A stretch of DNA of 40,310 nucleotides from a virus (IMGVR_UViG_3300011339_001230:1-40310), one strand, 5' to 3'; shown: positions 9,398 through 18,372, counted from the first letter of the stretch. The notes: generated by a model not told the origin, from the letters alone. Numbers and translations are program-made.

Positions 9398-9996
9398 GAG
9401 ATTAAAACATCTCTTCCATAATCAACAATTTCAGGATATTCGGCAAGAACTTCTTTATTTAAGAATAAAGAACCGCTAAACCTTTCTTCACTTATAAGTT
9501 CGTGAGTTGAACCAAATTCTTTGTTAAGCATTTCATTATAGATTCTAACTCTTTTCGTGTTGAATAAGTCAGCATCACCCATTTGTTTAAAATCCGCCGC
9601 ACCAAAGTAACCAAAAGATGCATTAGGTTTATCTACAAGAATTTGTTTAATGTAATTTTGTAATAAACCAAAAATCTTTAGAGGAATCTTTTCTTTTGTT
9701 TGGAAACTATATTCGTCATAATGTTTTTGACCCGCACTTGCAAGCTTTTGTTGTCTGGCAAAAAAATCATCCTGTAATTTTGGAAAGAACGAGATTATAA
9801 AGAGTTGGTAATCGTATTCGTCCGAATACACCACATACTTAAACTTAGGAGTTTTAAATGTATAGATGTGTCTCTTAGTAAATTTCTCAGAAGATTTGGG
9901 GTCTCTTGACTGAACGTATCTCCAATCAAATTCCTCAGGATTTGCTGAAAAATCAATCTCTCTTAAAATCTGTTTTATTCTATCTCTTAATTGCAT
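9388..9996 (-). CDS. Hypothetical protein
   Basis: 202-aa ORF with IKQILRE N-terminal motif. Confidence 0.75.
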   Translation of the reverse strand: MQLRDRIKQILREIDFSANPEEFDWRYVQSRDPKSSEKFTKRHIYTFKTPKFKYVVYSDEYDYQLFIISFFPKLQDDFFARQQKLASAGQKHYDEYSFQTKEKIPLKIFGLLQNYIKQILVDKPNASFGYFGAADFKQMGDADLFNTKRVRIYNEMLNKEFGSTHELISEERFSGSLFLNKEVLAEYPEIVDYGRDVLISHL

Positions 9997-10163
9997 TTCT
10001 TACTGAAGGCTGTTTTGTATTCCTCAGTGCCAAACTTCTTCCAATTCCAATTACCTAAGAAGTCAGGGTTCTCAACAGAACACTTGCCAGAAGATTTGTA
10101 TTCAGACAAGAATTGTTCTGACATCTCTTTGGTGTATCTATTTTTGACTGTGAAGTTTACCAT
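9987..10163 (-). CDS. Small hypothetical protein (58 aa, not in ORF track)
   Basis: MVNFTVKNRYTKEM...KKCN*; CGTATATTTGT promoter upstream on the minus strand; overlaps the next start. Confidence 0.55.
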   Translation of the reverse strand: MVNFTVKNRYTKEMSEQFLSEYKSSGKCSVENPDFLGNWNWKKFGTEEYKTAFSKKCN

Positions 10164-10233
10164 ATCCGTTTTTATTGTAATACAAATATACGATAAATAT
10201 CTTGACCGGCCAAATAATATTAGTTATAATTAT

Positions 10234-10320
10234 TGTCAGTATTTGAAAAAAAATACTGACATTTTGTCATATTCTTGTGTTTGGCATATTTTTTAACTTT
10301 TTGGCACACGGAACTTGATT
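10234..10320 (+). promoter_or_regulatory. Putative dnaK regulatory region
   Basis: Inverted repeat TGTCAGTATTT/AAATACTGACA, palindrome TGACA-TTT-TGTCA, two TTGGCA boxes. Confidence 0.4.
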
Positions 10321-10364
10321 CCATTAAAATAAACTTTTATATTTAAAAAAATTATTTAAAATTT

Positions 10365-12251
10365 ATGGGAAAAATTATAGGCATAGATTTAGGCACAACA
10401 AATTCGTGTGTGGCAATCATGGAAAATGGAGAACCAATCGTTATTACAAACAGCGAGGGTAAGAGAACAACACCATCAATCATCGGATTTACAAATGATG
10501 GAGACAGAAAAATTGGAGACCCGGCAAAGCGTCAGGCGGTTACAAACCCCGACAAAACCGTACACTCCATAAAGCGTTTCATGGGAAGTACTTACGATGA
10601 AACAAAGAAAGAAGGAAAGCGAGTTCCTTACAAAGTTGTGAAGGGTGACGGTGGAACACCAAGAGTTCAAATCAATGATAAAAAGTATTCACCGCAAGAA
10701 ATTTCTGCGATGGTACTTCAGAAGATGAAACAAACCGCAGAGGACTATCTCGGACAAGAGGTAACAGAAGCGGTAATTACAGTACCAGCATACTTCAACG
10801 ATGCTCAGCGTCAAGCAACAAAAGAAGCAGGTGAAATTGCAGGTCTTACTGTAAAGCGTATCATTAACGAACCAACCGCTGCGGCACTTGCCTACGGTCT
10901 TGATAAGAAGACTCAGAATATGAAGATTGTAGTGTTTGACTGTGGTGGTGGTACTCACGATGTATCAGTACTTGAACTCGGTGACGGTGTATTTGAAGTA
11001 TTGTCAACTGACGGTGACACTCACCTTGGTGGTGACGACTTCGACCAAGCAATCATCGACTGGCTTGTAAGTGAGTTTAAAGATGAAAATGGTTTGGATT
11101 TAACTCAAGACCCTATGGCTCTTCAGCGTCTTCGTGAAGGGGCTGAGAAGGCTAAAATTGAGTTGTCATCTTCACCATCAACTGAGATTAACCTCCCTTA
11201 CATTATGCCAGTGGACGGCATTCCAAAACACTTGGTTCGTAACTTGACTAAGGCTAAGTTCGAACAACTTGTTGACAGTCTTGTACAAAGAACAATTGCT
11301 CCTTGTAAGACGGCTCTTAAAAATGCTGGACTCAACACCTCTGACATTGACGAAGTAATCTTGGTTGGAGGTTCAACACGAATTCCGGCAATTCAAGAAG
11401 CAGTTAAGAAGTTCTTTGGTAAGGAACCATCAAAAGGTGTAAACCCTGATGAAGTTGTTGCTCTCGGAGCAGCGATTCAAGGTGGAGTTCTTGGTGGTGA
11501 TGTGAAAGATGTTCTCCTTTTGGATGTAACACCACTTTCACTTGGTATTGAAACAATGGGAGGAGTATTCACAAAACTCATCAATGCAAATACTACAATT
11601 CCAACCAAGCAGTCACAAGTGTTCTCAACCGCGGTTGACAACCAACCAACAGTTGAAATCCATGTACTCCAAGGAGAACGTGCAATGGCGAAAGACAACC
11701 GTTCAATTGGTAAGTTCATGTTGGATGGACTTCCACCGGCAATGAGAGGTGTCCCACAGATTGAAGTTACTTTTGACATCGATGCGAACGGCATCATTAA
11801 TGTATCGGCAAAAGACAAAGCAACTGACAAACAACAATCAATTCGTATTGAATCTTCTTCAGGACTTTCAAAAGAAGAGATTGAGCGTATGAAGCAAGAG
11901 GCTGAGGCGAATGCCGACTCTGACAAGAAAGCAAAAGAAGATGCTGAAACAATCAATCAGGCCGATTCAACAATCTTTAACATTGAGAAATCAATGAAAG
12001 ACATGGAAGAGAAAATGACTGAGGAGGAAAAGACCAAAATCTCTTCTGAACTTGAGGAACTTAAAACCGCGCATGATTCTCGTGAAGTAGAAACAATCAA
12101 AGAGAAAATGGAACAGGTTAACCAAAGTTTCCAAGAAGTATCTGTTAGATTGTATACTGAGGCACAATCTCAATCATCAGCTCAAACTGAAGAAGTAACA
12201 GAAGACCGTGAGGTTACAGATGTTGACTTTGAAGAAGTTGAAGTAAAGTAA
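10365..12251 (+). CDS. dnaK: Chaperone DnaK (Hsp70)
   Basis: [33 protein letters not shown]; full length 628 aa. Confidence 0.98.
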   Translation: MGKIIGIDLGTTNSCVAIMENGEPIVITNSEGKRTTPSIIGFTNDGDRKIGDPAKRQAVTNPDKTVHSIKRFMGSTYDETKKEGKRVPYKVVKGDGGTPRVQINDKKYSPQEISAMVLQKMKQTAEDYLGQEVTEAVITVPAYFNDAQRQATKEAGEIAGLTVKRIINEPTAAALAYGLDKKTQNMKIVVFDCGGGTHDVSVLELGDGVFEVLSTDGDTHLGGDDFDQAIIDWLVSEFKDENGLDLTQDPMALQRLREGAEKAKIELSSSPSTEINLPYIMPVDGIPKHLVRNLTKAKFEQLVDSLVQRTIAPCKTALKNAGLNTSDIDEVILVGGSTRIPAIQEAVKKFFGKEPSKGVNPDEVVALGAAIQGGVLGGDVKDVLLLDVTPLSLGIETMGGVFTKLINANTTIPTKQSQVFSTAVDNQPTVEIHVLQGERAMAKDNRSIGKFMLDGLPPAMRGVPQIEVTFDIDANGIINVSAKDKATDKQQSIRIESSSGLSKEEIERMKQEAEANADSDKKAKEDAETINQADSTIFNIEKSMKDMEEKMTEEEKTKISSELEELKTAHDSREVETIKEKMEQVNQSFQEVSVRLYTEAQSQSSAQTEEVTEDREVTDVDFEEVEVK

Positions 12252-12272
12252 TTAACAAGTTATTAACAATTT

Positions 12273-12299
12273 AAAGACCCCCTTAATTGGGGGTTTTTT
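12273..12299 (+). terminator. Intrinsic terminator
   Basis: AAAGACCCCC-TTAATT-GGGGGTTTTTT. Confidence 0.85.
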
Positions 12300-12375
12300 A
12301 TTAACAATCAAAAAATAAATTTGGAGGATTGGGATTTCGCCGTATATTTGTACTCACAAATAAACAATACCCCAT

Positions 12376-13125
12376 ATGATAACAATCCAAGAACTCCAAT
12401 CAGTAGCTCCATCAGTATTCAACACCAAAAAGGCTCAGAAACTTTCTGACCGTTACACAGTCGTCCCAACCATTGATGTGGTAAACCAGTTTATGAACGC
12501 TGGATGGGAAGTGGCAAGTGCTAAGCAAGTAGGTTCAGGTGTTTACGGTAAACACTCAGTTCGTCTCCGTAACTCAGAACTCCCAAAGGTGGGTGACTCA
12601 TTGCTCGAGGCAATCATCACTAACTCTCACGATGGTCGTACCAAACTTCAAGTTGGAGCAGGTCTATACCGACTCGTATGTTCTAACGGTCTTGTGGTAC
12701 CAATGCAAGAACTGGTAAACATTAACCAACGTCACATGAACATTCAGATGGACGAGGTTAACCAAATCACCGAGAAGTTCATTGAAATTTCACCGATGAT
12801 TGAGCGTTCAGTAAACCGAATGATGGATGTTAAAATGGACACTGAGAAGAAGATTGACTTCGCAAGTAAGGCTCTCGGTATCCGTTGGAAAAACACAGAG
12901 GACATCTCAACTCTAACACTTGAGACAATCATCAACCCTCTTCGTGATGGCGATGTTGAAAGTAACCTGTGGACAACCTTCAATGTAGTTCAAGAGAAAC
13001 TTATCCGTGGAGGGTTTGTTAAAGAGCAAGGTCGTAATGTCCGTACAGTGAAACCAATTACTTCACTCAACATGGACACCATGATTAACCAAAAGTTGTG
13101 GGAACTTGCTGAAACATTCATCTAA
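12376..13125 (+). CDS. DUF932/DUF945-family protein
   Basis: SDRY..VPT, NSHDG, GLYRLVCSNGLV, LWTTFNVVQEKLIRGG. Confidence 0.85.
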   Translation: MITIQELQSVAPSVFNTKKAQKLSDRYTVVPTIDVVNQFMNAGWEVASAKQVGSGVYGKHSVRLRNSELPKVGDSLLEAIITNSHDGRTKLQVGAGLYRLVCSNGLVVPMQELVNINQRHMNIQMDEVNQITEKFIEISPMIERSVNRMMDVKMDTEKKIDFASKALGIRWKNTEDISTLTLETIINPLRDGDVESNLWTTFNVVQEKLIRGGFVKEQGRNVRTVKPITSLNMDTMINQKLWELAETFI

Positions 13126-13135
13126 TCAAAACAAA

Positions 13136-13165
13136 GTGGGGTGTCGATACGGACACCCCACCTTT
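13136..13165. terminator. Hairpin between convergent genes
   Basis: GTGGGGTGTC-GATACG-GACACCCCAC. Confidence 0.75.
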
Positions 13166-13185
13166 AAAATTAGGTTAAGCCGTAA

Positions 13186-13353
13186 TTAAACTTTTTTTGA
13201 GATTACAGACCAGATTGTTCCGATAAAGGTTAAAATCGTACCAGTTATATCCATAATCTGACCCTCTGTTGCTAAACCTTTAGCAACTAAAATACCACCA
13301 ACGAAAGTTAAGAAGTGCCTCAAAAGACCTTTAACTTGTTCTGTTTGTACCAT
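13186..13353 (-). CDS. Small two-TM holin-like protein (55 aa, not in ORF track)
   Basis: MVQTEQVKGLLRHFLTFVGGILVAKG...TIWSVISKKV*; TATTTATA upstream on the minus strand. Confidence 0.7.
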   Translation of the reverse strand: MVQTEQVKGLLRHFLTFVGGILVAKGLATEGQIMDITGTILTFIGTIWSVISKKV

Positions 13354-13397
13354 TTGACTTTATTTAAAGATTTATTTATCATTATAAATATCATATT

Positions 13398-13574
13398 ATG
13401 GAAGAGAATACAGAGATGAATAAAGTACATACAATCAGATTTGGTGAGTGGATTGCTCAAAATTACGAACCCTGTGGTGATAAGAGTTGGAAGAAAAGGT
13501 TCCCTAAGACATCAGAGGAAATGATGGAATGTTTTTTTACAGAGGAAATTTATAAAGAGTTTTTGAAATCATAG
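13398..13574 (+). CDS. Small hypothetical protein (58 aa, not in ORF track)
   Basis: MEENTEMNKVHTIRFGEWIAQNY...; stop codon overlaps the following tRNA-like element. Confidence 0.5.
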   Translation: MEENTEMNKVHTIRFGEWIAQNYEPCGDKSWKKRFPKTSEEMMECFFTEEIYKEFLKS

Positions 13575-13706
13575 TCAAGTGGCGGAAATGGAAGAGTACT
13601 CTCCAGGCAGACGTGACGCATGGTTATAGCAGCGTGGGTAATAAAGGTCAATGCGACTGGCTAACTATAATGGCACCCCGTGAAGGTTCGAACCCTTCCT
13701 TGACTA
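13573..13706 (+). ncRNA. Expanded tRNA-like RNA, copy 1
   Basis: AGTCAAG/CTTGACT-A acceptor, TGGCGGAAATGG D-arm start, GAAGG-TTCGAAC-CCTTC T-arm; 134 nt, no 7-nt anticodon loop. Confidence 0.75.
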
Positions 13707-13790
13707 CTTAAAAAAAATCACTTGAGGTATAAGTACAGCTTCTTGTGAAATAAATAATTGTACTAAAATTTAAACACGTTTTTCTTTTTT

Positions 13791-14906
13791 ATGAAAAAAA
13801 TTTTATTTTCTTTTATCCTGACCGTGTTGAGCTTGGTTTCCTTTGCTCAAATTTCGGTAGTTGATGTTATCGTCAACAGTCCTGACCATGACACATTGGA
13901 AGCCGCGGTAATTTATGCTGGTCTCGACGACGACTTATCTGGACCTGGTCCATTCACAGTTTTTGCACCAACTGACGCAGCTTTTGCGGCTCTTCCTGAT
14001 GGTACAATCTCTTACCTCCTTAACAACATCAGTGAACTACAAAGTATTTTGAGTTATCACGTTGCCTCGGGTAGTGTTTTATCTAGTAATTTGACAAACG
14101 GTCAAACAATCACAACATTGCAAGGTGAAGACATTACAGTTACAATAGGAATGAACGGTGTAATGATTAACAACGCCCTTGTCACAGTTGCTGACATTGT
14201 TTGCAGTAACGGTGTTGTACACGTAATTGATGTGGTTCTGTCTCAGCCAGTCTTTACGTCAAATGTTGTGGATGTAATTGTTAATAGCGATGTTCACACT
14301 ACACTTGAAGCGGCAGTTGTTGCCGCAGGTTTAGTAGAAACACTTAGTGGTGTTGGACCATTCACAGTATTTGCCCCTACAGATGCTGCTTTTGCAGCAC
14401 TTCCAGCTGGAACAATTGAGACTTTACTAGCTGACCCAACGGGTGACCTTACACAGATTCTTCTCTATCACGTAGTGGGAGCTCAAGCTCTTTCAACTGA
14501 CTTGACTGATGGACAGACTGTTGAGACACTACAAGGTCAAACTGTAACAGTTACTATTAACACACAGGGAGTATTCATCAATAATGCTCAAGTGATGGTT
14601 GCTGACTTCGTAACTGATAACGGTGTAGTTCACGTAATTGATGCGGTCCTTGTCCCACAAACACCAAACTCTGTATCAAACACTGAAACTGTTAGTTTGA
14701 ATATTCCGAACCCTGTAATGGAAAACATCAACATTCCTTCAACAGGTAATTCAAATGTTCAGATTTTCACAACTTCAGGTCAAGTTGTATATTCTCAAAA
14801 CTTCAATGGTTCAATTGACATTGATACCCGTAATCTCTCATCAGGTGTTTATCTTCTCCAAGTAGAAGCTGAAAACTTTAATGGAGTTACAAAAATCGTT
14901 AAGTAA
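13791..14906 (+). CDS. Secreted double-fasciclin (FAS1) protein with T9SS type-A C-terminal sorting domain
   Basis: Signal peptide; two copies of FTVFAPTDAAF...NGVVHVID; C-terminal PNPV...TTSGQVV...LSSGVYLLQV...KIVK. Confidence 0.9.
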   Translation: MKKILFSFILTVLSLVSFAQISVVDVIVNSPDHDTLEAAVIYAGLDDDLSGPGPFTVFAPTDAAFAALPDGTISYLLNNISELQSILSYHVASGSVLSSNLTNGQTITTLQGEDITVTIGMNGVMINNALVTVADIVCSNGVVHVIDVVLSQPVFTSNVVDVIVNSDVHTTLEAAVVAAGLVETLSGVGPFTVFAPTDAAFAALPAGTIETLLADPTGDLTQILLYHVVGAQALSTDLTDGQTVETLQGQTVTVTINTQGVFINNAQVMVADFVTDNGVVHVIDAVLVPQTPNSVSNTETVSLNIPNPVMENINIPSTGNSNVQIFTTSGQVVYSQNFNGSIDIDTRNLSSGVYLLQVEAENFNGVTKIVK

Positions 14907-14913
14907 AAAAATA

Positions 14914-14945
14914 AAATGGGAAGAGGGGAAACCTTCTTCCCATTT
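14914..14945 (+). terminator. Stem-loop, probable terminator
   Basis: AAATGGGAAGAGG-GGAAA-CCTTCTTCCCATTT. Confidence 0.7.
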
Positions 14946-15006
14946 GAAAATAAATTTGGTAGGAAGGATAATTTGACTTATCTTTGTAATCACAAATCAA
15001 TTAAAA

Positions 15007-15123
15007 ATGAAATACAACAACAATACACCTTTTGAAGAATTTATGTACCGTTTTGCGGTGGCTTTCGGAGTAACCGTAATCTTTTTAAATCTAATTATTT
15101 TGTGTTTTAAGTTGATTGGTTAA
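15007..15123 (+). CDS. Small single-TM protein (38 aa)
   Basis: ORF after a TATCTTTG promoter; hydrophobic C-terminal half. Confidence 0.45.
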   Translation: MKYNNNTPFEEFMYRFAVAFGVTVIFLNLIILCFKLIG

Positions 15124-15159
15124 GGTTTTAGCCTTATATTTGTAGAAGTTATTTGAAAT

Positions 15160-15184
15160 GCTGGGATGATGGAATCGGTAGACA
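15160..15184 (+). pseudogene. 5' fragment of a tRNA-Leu-like gene
   Basis: GCTGGGA-TG-ATGGAATCGGTAGACA after a promoter and boxA (15147); no matching 3' half. Confidence 0.6.
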
Positions 15185-15212
15185 GAAATGGGTAGACGAT
15201 ATATTTATACAT

Positions 15213-15857
15213 ATGAGACCATATGTATATAAATTAGAAAATTTGGACGGAGAGTTTTATTATGGGGTTAGATGGGATTATGAAGGAGAACCCGAAAATG
15301 ACTTACTTAAAGAATATTTTAGTTCATCCGTGACTGTTAAAAAAATGATTTCTGAAAATGGAATTAATTATTTTAAAGGTACAATACTTAAATTGTTTGA
15401 AACAAAAGAACAAGCTCTTGATTATGAATACACTCTAATAAAGGAATCTATTAATAATGATAAGTGTTTGAATAGAGCAATGGGTAAATGTACTATTTGG
15501 AATGATGAGTTGAAGAAAAAAGTTTCAGAAAGTGTAAAGGAATTATGGAAAAATCCTGAATTTAGGGAAAACCACCTTAAAAGTCGGTCAAATATTATAA
15601 ATCATAATTTTGGACTTAAACCTTGGAGAAATGTTTGTTCAGATTTGGAAAGTTGGAAAAAAGCTATTATAATTTATAACGATTATAAGACTGAAAAGTG
15701 GAACTTACACAAATATGGTTTTGGGAGATTTTTTCTAATAAAAAGATATGGAATCAAACAAGGCTCGGCTAGAAGGTTAGTTGATTTGTTAAGAGAAGGT
15801 TGGAACCCATATGATGATTTGGATTATTTGAATTTCATAGATATGCCCGGATGCTGA
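15213..15857 (+). CDS. GIY-YIG homing endonuclease (Seg-like)
   Basis: PYVYKLE...FYYGVR, YFSSS, ALDYE, CLN motifs; TATTTATA at 15202; 3' end overlaps tRNA-Leu. Confidence 0.75.
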   Translation: MRPYVYKLENLDGEFYYGVRWDYEGEPENDLLKEYFSSSVTVKKMISENGINYFKGTILKLFETKEQALDYEYTLIKESINNDKCLNRAMGKCTIWNDELKKKVSESVKELWKNPEFRENHLKSRSNIINHNFGLKPWRNVCSDLESWKKAIIIYNDYKTEKWNLHKYGFGRFFLIKRYGIKQGSARRLVDLLREGWNPYDDLDYLNFIDMPGC

Positions 15858-15927
15858 AATGGTATACAGTGCAGACTTAAAATCTGCTGAGCAATTGCTC
15901 GTGAGGGTTCGAGTCCCTCTCCGGGTA
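15845..15927 (+). tRNA. tRNA-Leu(TAA)
   Basis: GCCCGGA/TCCGGGT; GCAGA-CTTAAAA-TCTGC; long variable arm. Confidence 0.95.
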
Positions 15928-15963
15928 CCGAAGACTTTTTTGTACCTAATGATGAAAATTTTT

Positions 15964-15991
15964 AAATCCTGGAATATGTCAGGATTTTTTT
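15964..15991 (+). terminator. Intrinsic terminator
   Basis: AAATCCTG-GAATATGT-CAGGATTT followed by Ts. Confidence 0.75.
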
Positions 15992-16126
15992 ACCTAAACT
16001 TATTTAATGACAAAAAGTGAAAATTCATATCTTGATTTAGCAATTATAGGTTTTTACGTATATTTGTTCATAGTTTTAGTAATAACAATCAAAACCGAAA
16101 AAAATAAATTTTAAAATTATAATATC

Positions 16127-16405
16127 ATGCCAACAGTATACACTTATGTTGAAACAGATGTCGATGTGGACATCGAAGTTAATGAATTTGTTAGTTCCTG
16201 TAACCCAAGAGAAATAAAAGAATTGGTACAGGCTTTAATTGAAGATGGACATATTAAAACATCTGCAATTGCACCATCTCCTGACCGAATGACCGCTCAA
16301 GAGATTGAATTTGGTAAAATGTTATCATTGTTATCAGAAAAATATCATCAGATGGATATTTCTGAGATTAATGTGATTGAAGAATTATACAAAAAATATC
16401 GGTAA
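16127..16405 (+). CDS. Hypothetical protein
   Basis: 92-aa ORF. Confidence 0.75.
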   Translation: MPTVYTYVETDVDVDIEVNEFVSSCNPREIKELVQALIEDGHIKTSAIAPSPDRMTAQEIEFGKMLSLLSEKYHQMDISEINVIEELYKKYR

Positions 16406-16406
16406 T

Positions 16407-16613
16407 ATGGATGAAATTTTAGATGAAAAACTACCGTTAAGCTCGCACTGGGAAAAAAATCTCAATGAATTTAATTTGTCTGAGGAAATAATTGATAGAA
16501 TCGAACGTCTTCGTTATAACGATGGAGTTATGATGAAGAAGTATATGGATGAGGCAAATGAATGGAGAGTAAAATACTTTACACTTCAGAGACAATTGAG
16601 GGATTTACTATGA
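16407..16613 (+). CDS. Hypothetical protein
   Basis: ATG directly after the previous stop. Confidence 0.65.
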   Translation: MDEILDEKLPLSSHWEKNLNEFNLSEEIIDRIERLRYNDGVMMKKYMDEANEWRVKYFTLQRQLRDLL

Positions 16614-16754
16614 TATTTACTATTAAAAATTTAGAGCTTTTATTAATTGCCATTTGGGTTATAATAGCTCTTGGATACCTAATAACCGATTTTTACAAAA
16701 ATAATGTTGATAACTAGATTTTGTAGTTAAGGTTGTTCGTCGTATATTTGTGGT

Positions 16755-17237
16755 ATGAATAACGAACTAAAATACATTTCTACCAAAGATGCAATTATCG
16801 GTTACAGTGATTCTTTAATTGCCAAAAGTGAAACCAACGATTGTGTAGTCAGAGCAATCTCATCGGCATTTGAAATGCACTATGATGAGGCTCATCAGTT
16901 TGTTAAAGTAAAGTTTGGTCGCAAGGACCGTAAAGGCACCGCATTCTTCGTTGGTGGAATGCGTCGTATGGTTGATGATAAAGTTAAAATCAACGGTAAG
17001 TCATTCCAAACAATGGGTAATGAATACGGTCACGTTAGTTACGAAGTTAAAGTAAAAGGTCAGATTGTTAAACGTAATATGACAACTGGTACGTTCATCA
17101 AGAAATACCCTACCGGTAAATACCTTGTTGTTGTTCGTGGTCACGCATTTTCAATCATCGATGGCGCTGTTGTTGGAAACACTTCTGATGCAACGATGAA
17201 GAAACGAGTTATTAACAACGCATTTAAGATTTGTTAA
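16755..17237 (+). CDS. Hypothetical protein with NDCVVRA...H motif (possible papain-like fold)
   Basis: Cys and His motifs; ATG 4 nt after TATATTTG. Confidence 0.7.
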   Translation: MNNELKYISTKDAIIGYSDSLIAKSETNDCVVRAISSAFEMHYDEAHQFVKVKFGRKDRKGTAFFVGGMRRMVDDKVKINGKSFQTMGNEYGHVSYEVKVKGQIVKRNMTTGTFIKKYPTGKYLVVVRGHAFSIIDGAVVGNTSDATMKKRVINNAFKIC

Positions 17238-17289
17238 TATTGGGATAATATAATTTGTTGTATATTTGTCTACTTAAAAAATAAAAACT

Positions 17290-17430
17290 ATGGAATTTAT
17301 CGGAGTATACAAGAAAAGCAAAATGATTGGTATGATTGACCTTGATGAAATCACTGTCGAGCTACTTGATAGAATGTTTCACGAAGGTTACGAATTTAGT
17401 AAAATCACAAAAAAAGATTTGGTCAGTTAG
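17290..17430 (+). CDS. Small hypothetical protein (46 aa)
   Basis: ORF after TATATTTG and an A-rich leader. Confidence 0.5.
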   Translation: MEFIGVYKKSKMIGMIDLDEITVELLDRMFHEGYEFSKITKKDLVS

Positions 17431-17453
17431 AAAAGTCACCATATATTTGTCAA

Positions 17454-17762
17454 ATGAAAGAACAAGAATTTGAAGCAATAGGTAAGGTTATGGACTACTT
17501 TGACTTCGGTCGGGTTCATAAGGTAATGGAAGCTCTTGATTGGAAATGGTCAACTCTTGATGACGGCCCAAGGGTTCCCGATGAATGTGAAATCCGTACC
17601 GAGGCGAGAAGATTATTGACACAAGCTGTTAAGGAAAAAATGTCAATTGCAATAGGTGGATTTTATGCCACATACCGGAACGATGATGATATTGAATGGG
17701 TTGATTTGAAGTTTGTTGTTGAGCAGTGGGATGAAATAATTGAAAAAGATTTGGCAGAATAA
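17454..17762 (+). CDS. Hypothetical phage protein
   Basis: FDFGRVHKVMEALDWKW; ATG 4 nt after TATATTTG. Confidence 0.75.
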   Translation: MKEQEFEAIGKVMDYFDFGRVHKVMEALDWKWSTLDDGPRVPDECEIRTEARRLLTQAVKEKMSIAIGGFYATYRNDDDIEWVDLKFVVEQWDEIIEKDLAE

Positions 17763-17797
17763 AAGATTCTCCGTATATTTGTAGAAGTTCTTTGACA
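17751..17797 (+). promoter_or_regulatory. Promoter plus boxA heading the ncRNA array
   Basis: TTGG...CGTATATTTGT followed by AGTTCTTTGACA (17786-17797). Confidence 0.7.
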
Positions 17798-17803
17798 TTA
17801 ACA

Positions 17804-17925
17804 GGTGGGGTGACAGACGAAAGTTAGATTATCCAAGTCAATCGTAGCTACGGTGTTTTAAAACACGATGGATATGCAACAAGTAGAGTTATAGGAAATG
17901 AGTCGCTATCATTTCTCCCCCACCG
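17804..17925 (+). ncRNA. Structured RNA with tRNA-like ends
   Basis: GGTGGGG/CCCCACC closing stem; GAAATGA-GTCGCTA-TCATTTC hairpin in the T-arm position. Confidence 0.55.
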
Positions 17926-17934
17926 CATATTAAA

Positions 17935-18022
17935 AGGTTGATTGGGATTTTGGGGCTAGCACAATAGCGAGAAACGCCAATCGTAAAAGTAGATGTCCAC
18001 TCCCCCATCTTCTACTTATCCT
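17935..18022 (+). ncRNA. Structured RNA module with possible pseudoknot
   Basis: GATTGG/CCAATC stem; AAGTAGA/TCTACTT hairpin whose loop CCCCA can pair with TGGGG. Confidence 0.45.
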
Positions 18023-18029
18023 ATACTTG

Positions 18030-18112
18030 TGTGTTGTTCCCTTGAGAAAGGAAAGGAGTAGAGCTTAGTGACACTAGAGTCATCACTACAACACAGAGGG
18101 ATTCTCATCCTC
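18030..18112 (+). ncRNA. Kissing-loop RNA motif, copy A
   Basis: TGTGTTGT/ACAACACA, TTCC/GGAA with loop TGAGAA, GAGGG/TCCTC with loop TTCTCA. Confidence 0.7.
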
Positions 18113-18117
18113 AATAT

Positions 18118-18199
18118 AGTCAGGTGGCGCAAGGGTAGCGCGATGGTGGACCGAAAGGAAGCAAACCATAGGTTACAAGTTCAAATCTTGTCCTGACTA
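18118..18199 (+). ncRNA. Expanded tRNA-like RNA, copy 2
   Basis: AGTCAGG/CCTGACT-A; D and T arms present; ATGGT/ACCAT stem closes a 17-nt loop containing CC-GAAA-GG. Confidence 0.75.
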
Positions 18200-18203
18200 C
18201 AAA

Positions 18204-18279
18204 TGTGTTGTTCCCTTGAGAAAGGAATTAGTTGGTAGGTCATCCAGTTATGACACAACACAGAGGACTTCTCATCCTC
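18204..18279 (+). ncRNA. Kissing-loop RNA motif, copy B
   Basis: Same conserved blocks as 18030-18112 with a different middle hairpin. Confidence 0.7.
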
Positions 18280-18285
18280 AAATGA

Positions 18286-18365
18286 TACAACCGAGATTTT
18301 TAAATCTCCTACTTACTTACGAAAGGAAGGGTGTTGTAACAGATAGCATATAGTAGTGATGCTAT
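18286..18365 (+). ncRNA. Structured RNA module with possible pseudoknot
   Basis: TACAAC/GTTGTA, GAGATTT/AAATCTC, ATAGCAT/ATGCTAT; loop AGTAG pairs with CTACT. Confidence 0.5.
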
Positions 18366-18372
18366 TAAACAT

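Noticed and set aside
9991-10296. Plus-strand 101-aa ORF
   Set aside because: Antisense to a minus-strand ORF that has its own promoter; it also runs through the dnaK upstream region.
10476-12173. Short ORFs inside or antisense to dnaK (and similar shadows in other long genes)
   Set aside because: Fully overlap well-supported genes.
18030-18279. Direct repeats as a mini CRISPR array
   Set aside because: Only two copies, each a bipartite folded unit; no regular repeat-spacer period and no cas genes.
18204-18279. Theta/HDV-like or hammerhead ribozyme after a tRNA-like 3' end
   Set aside because: Could not find the nested P1/P1.1/P2/P3 order or the CUGANGA/GAAA core.
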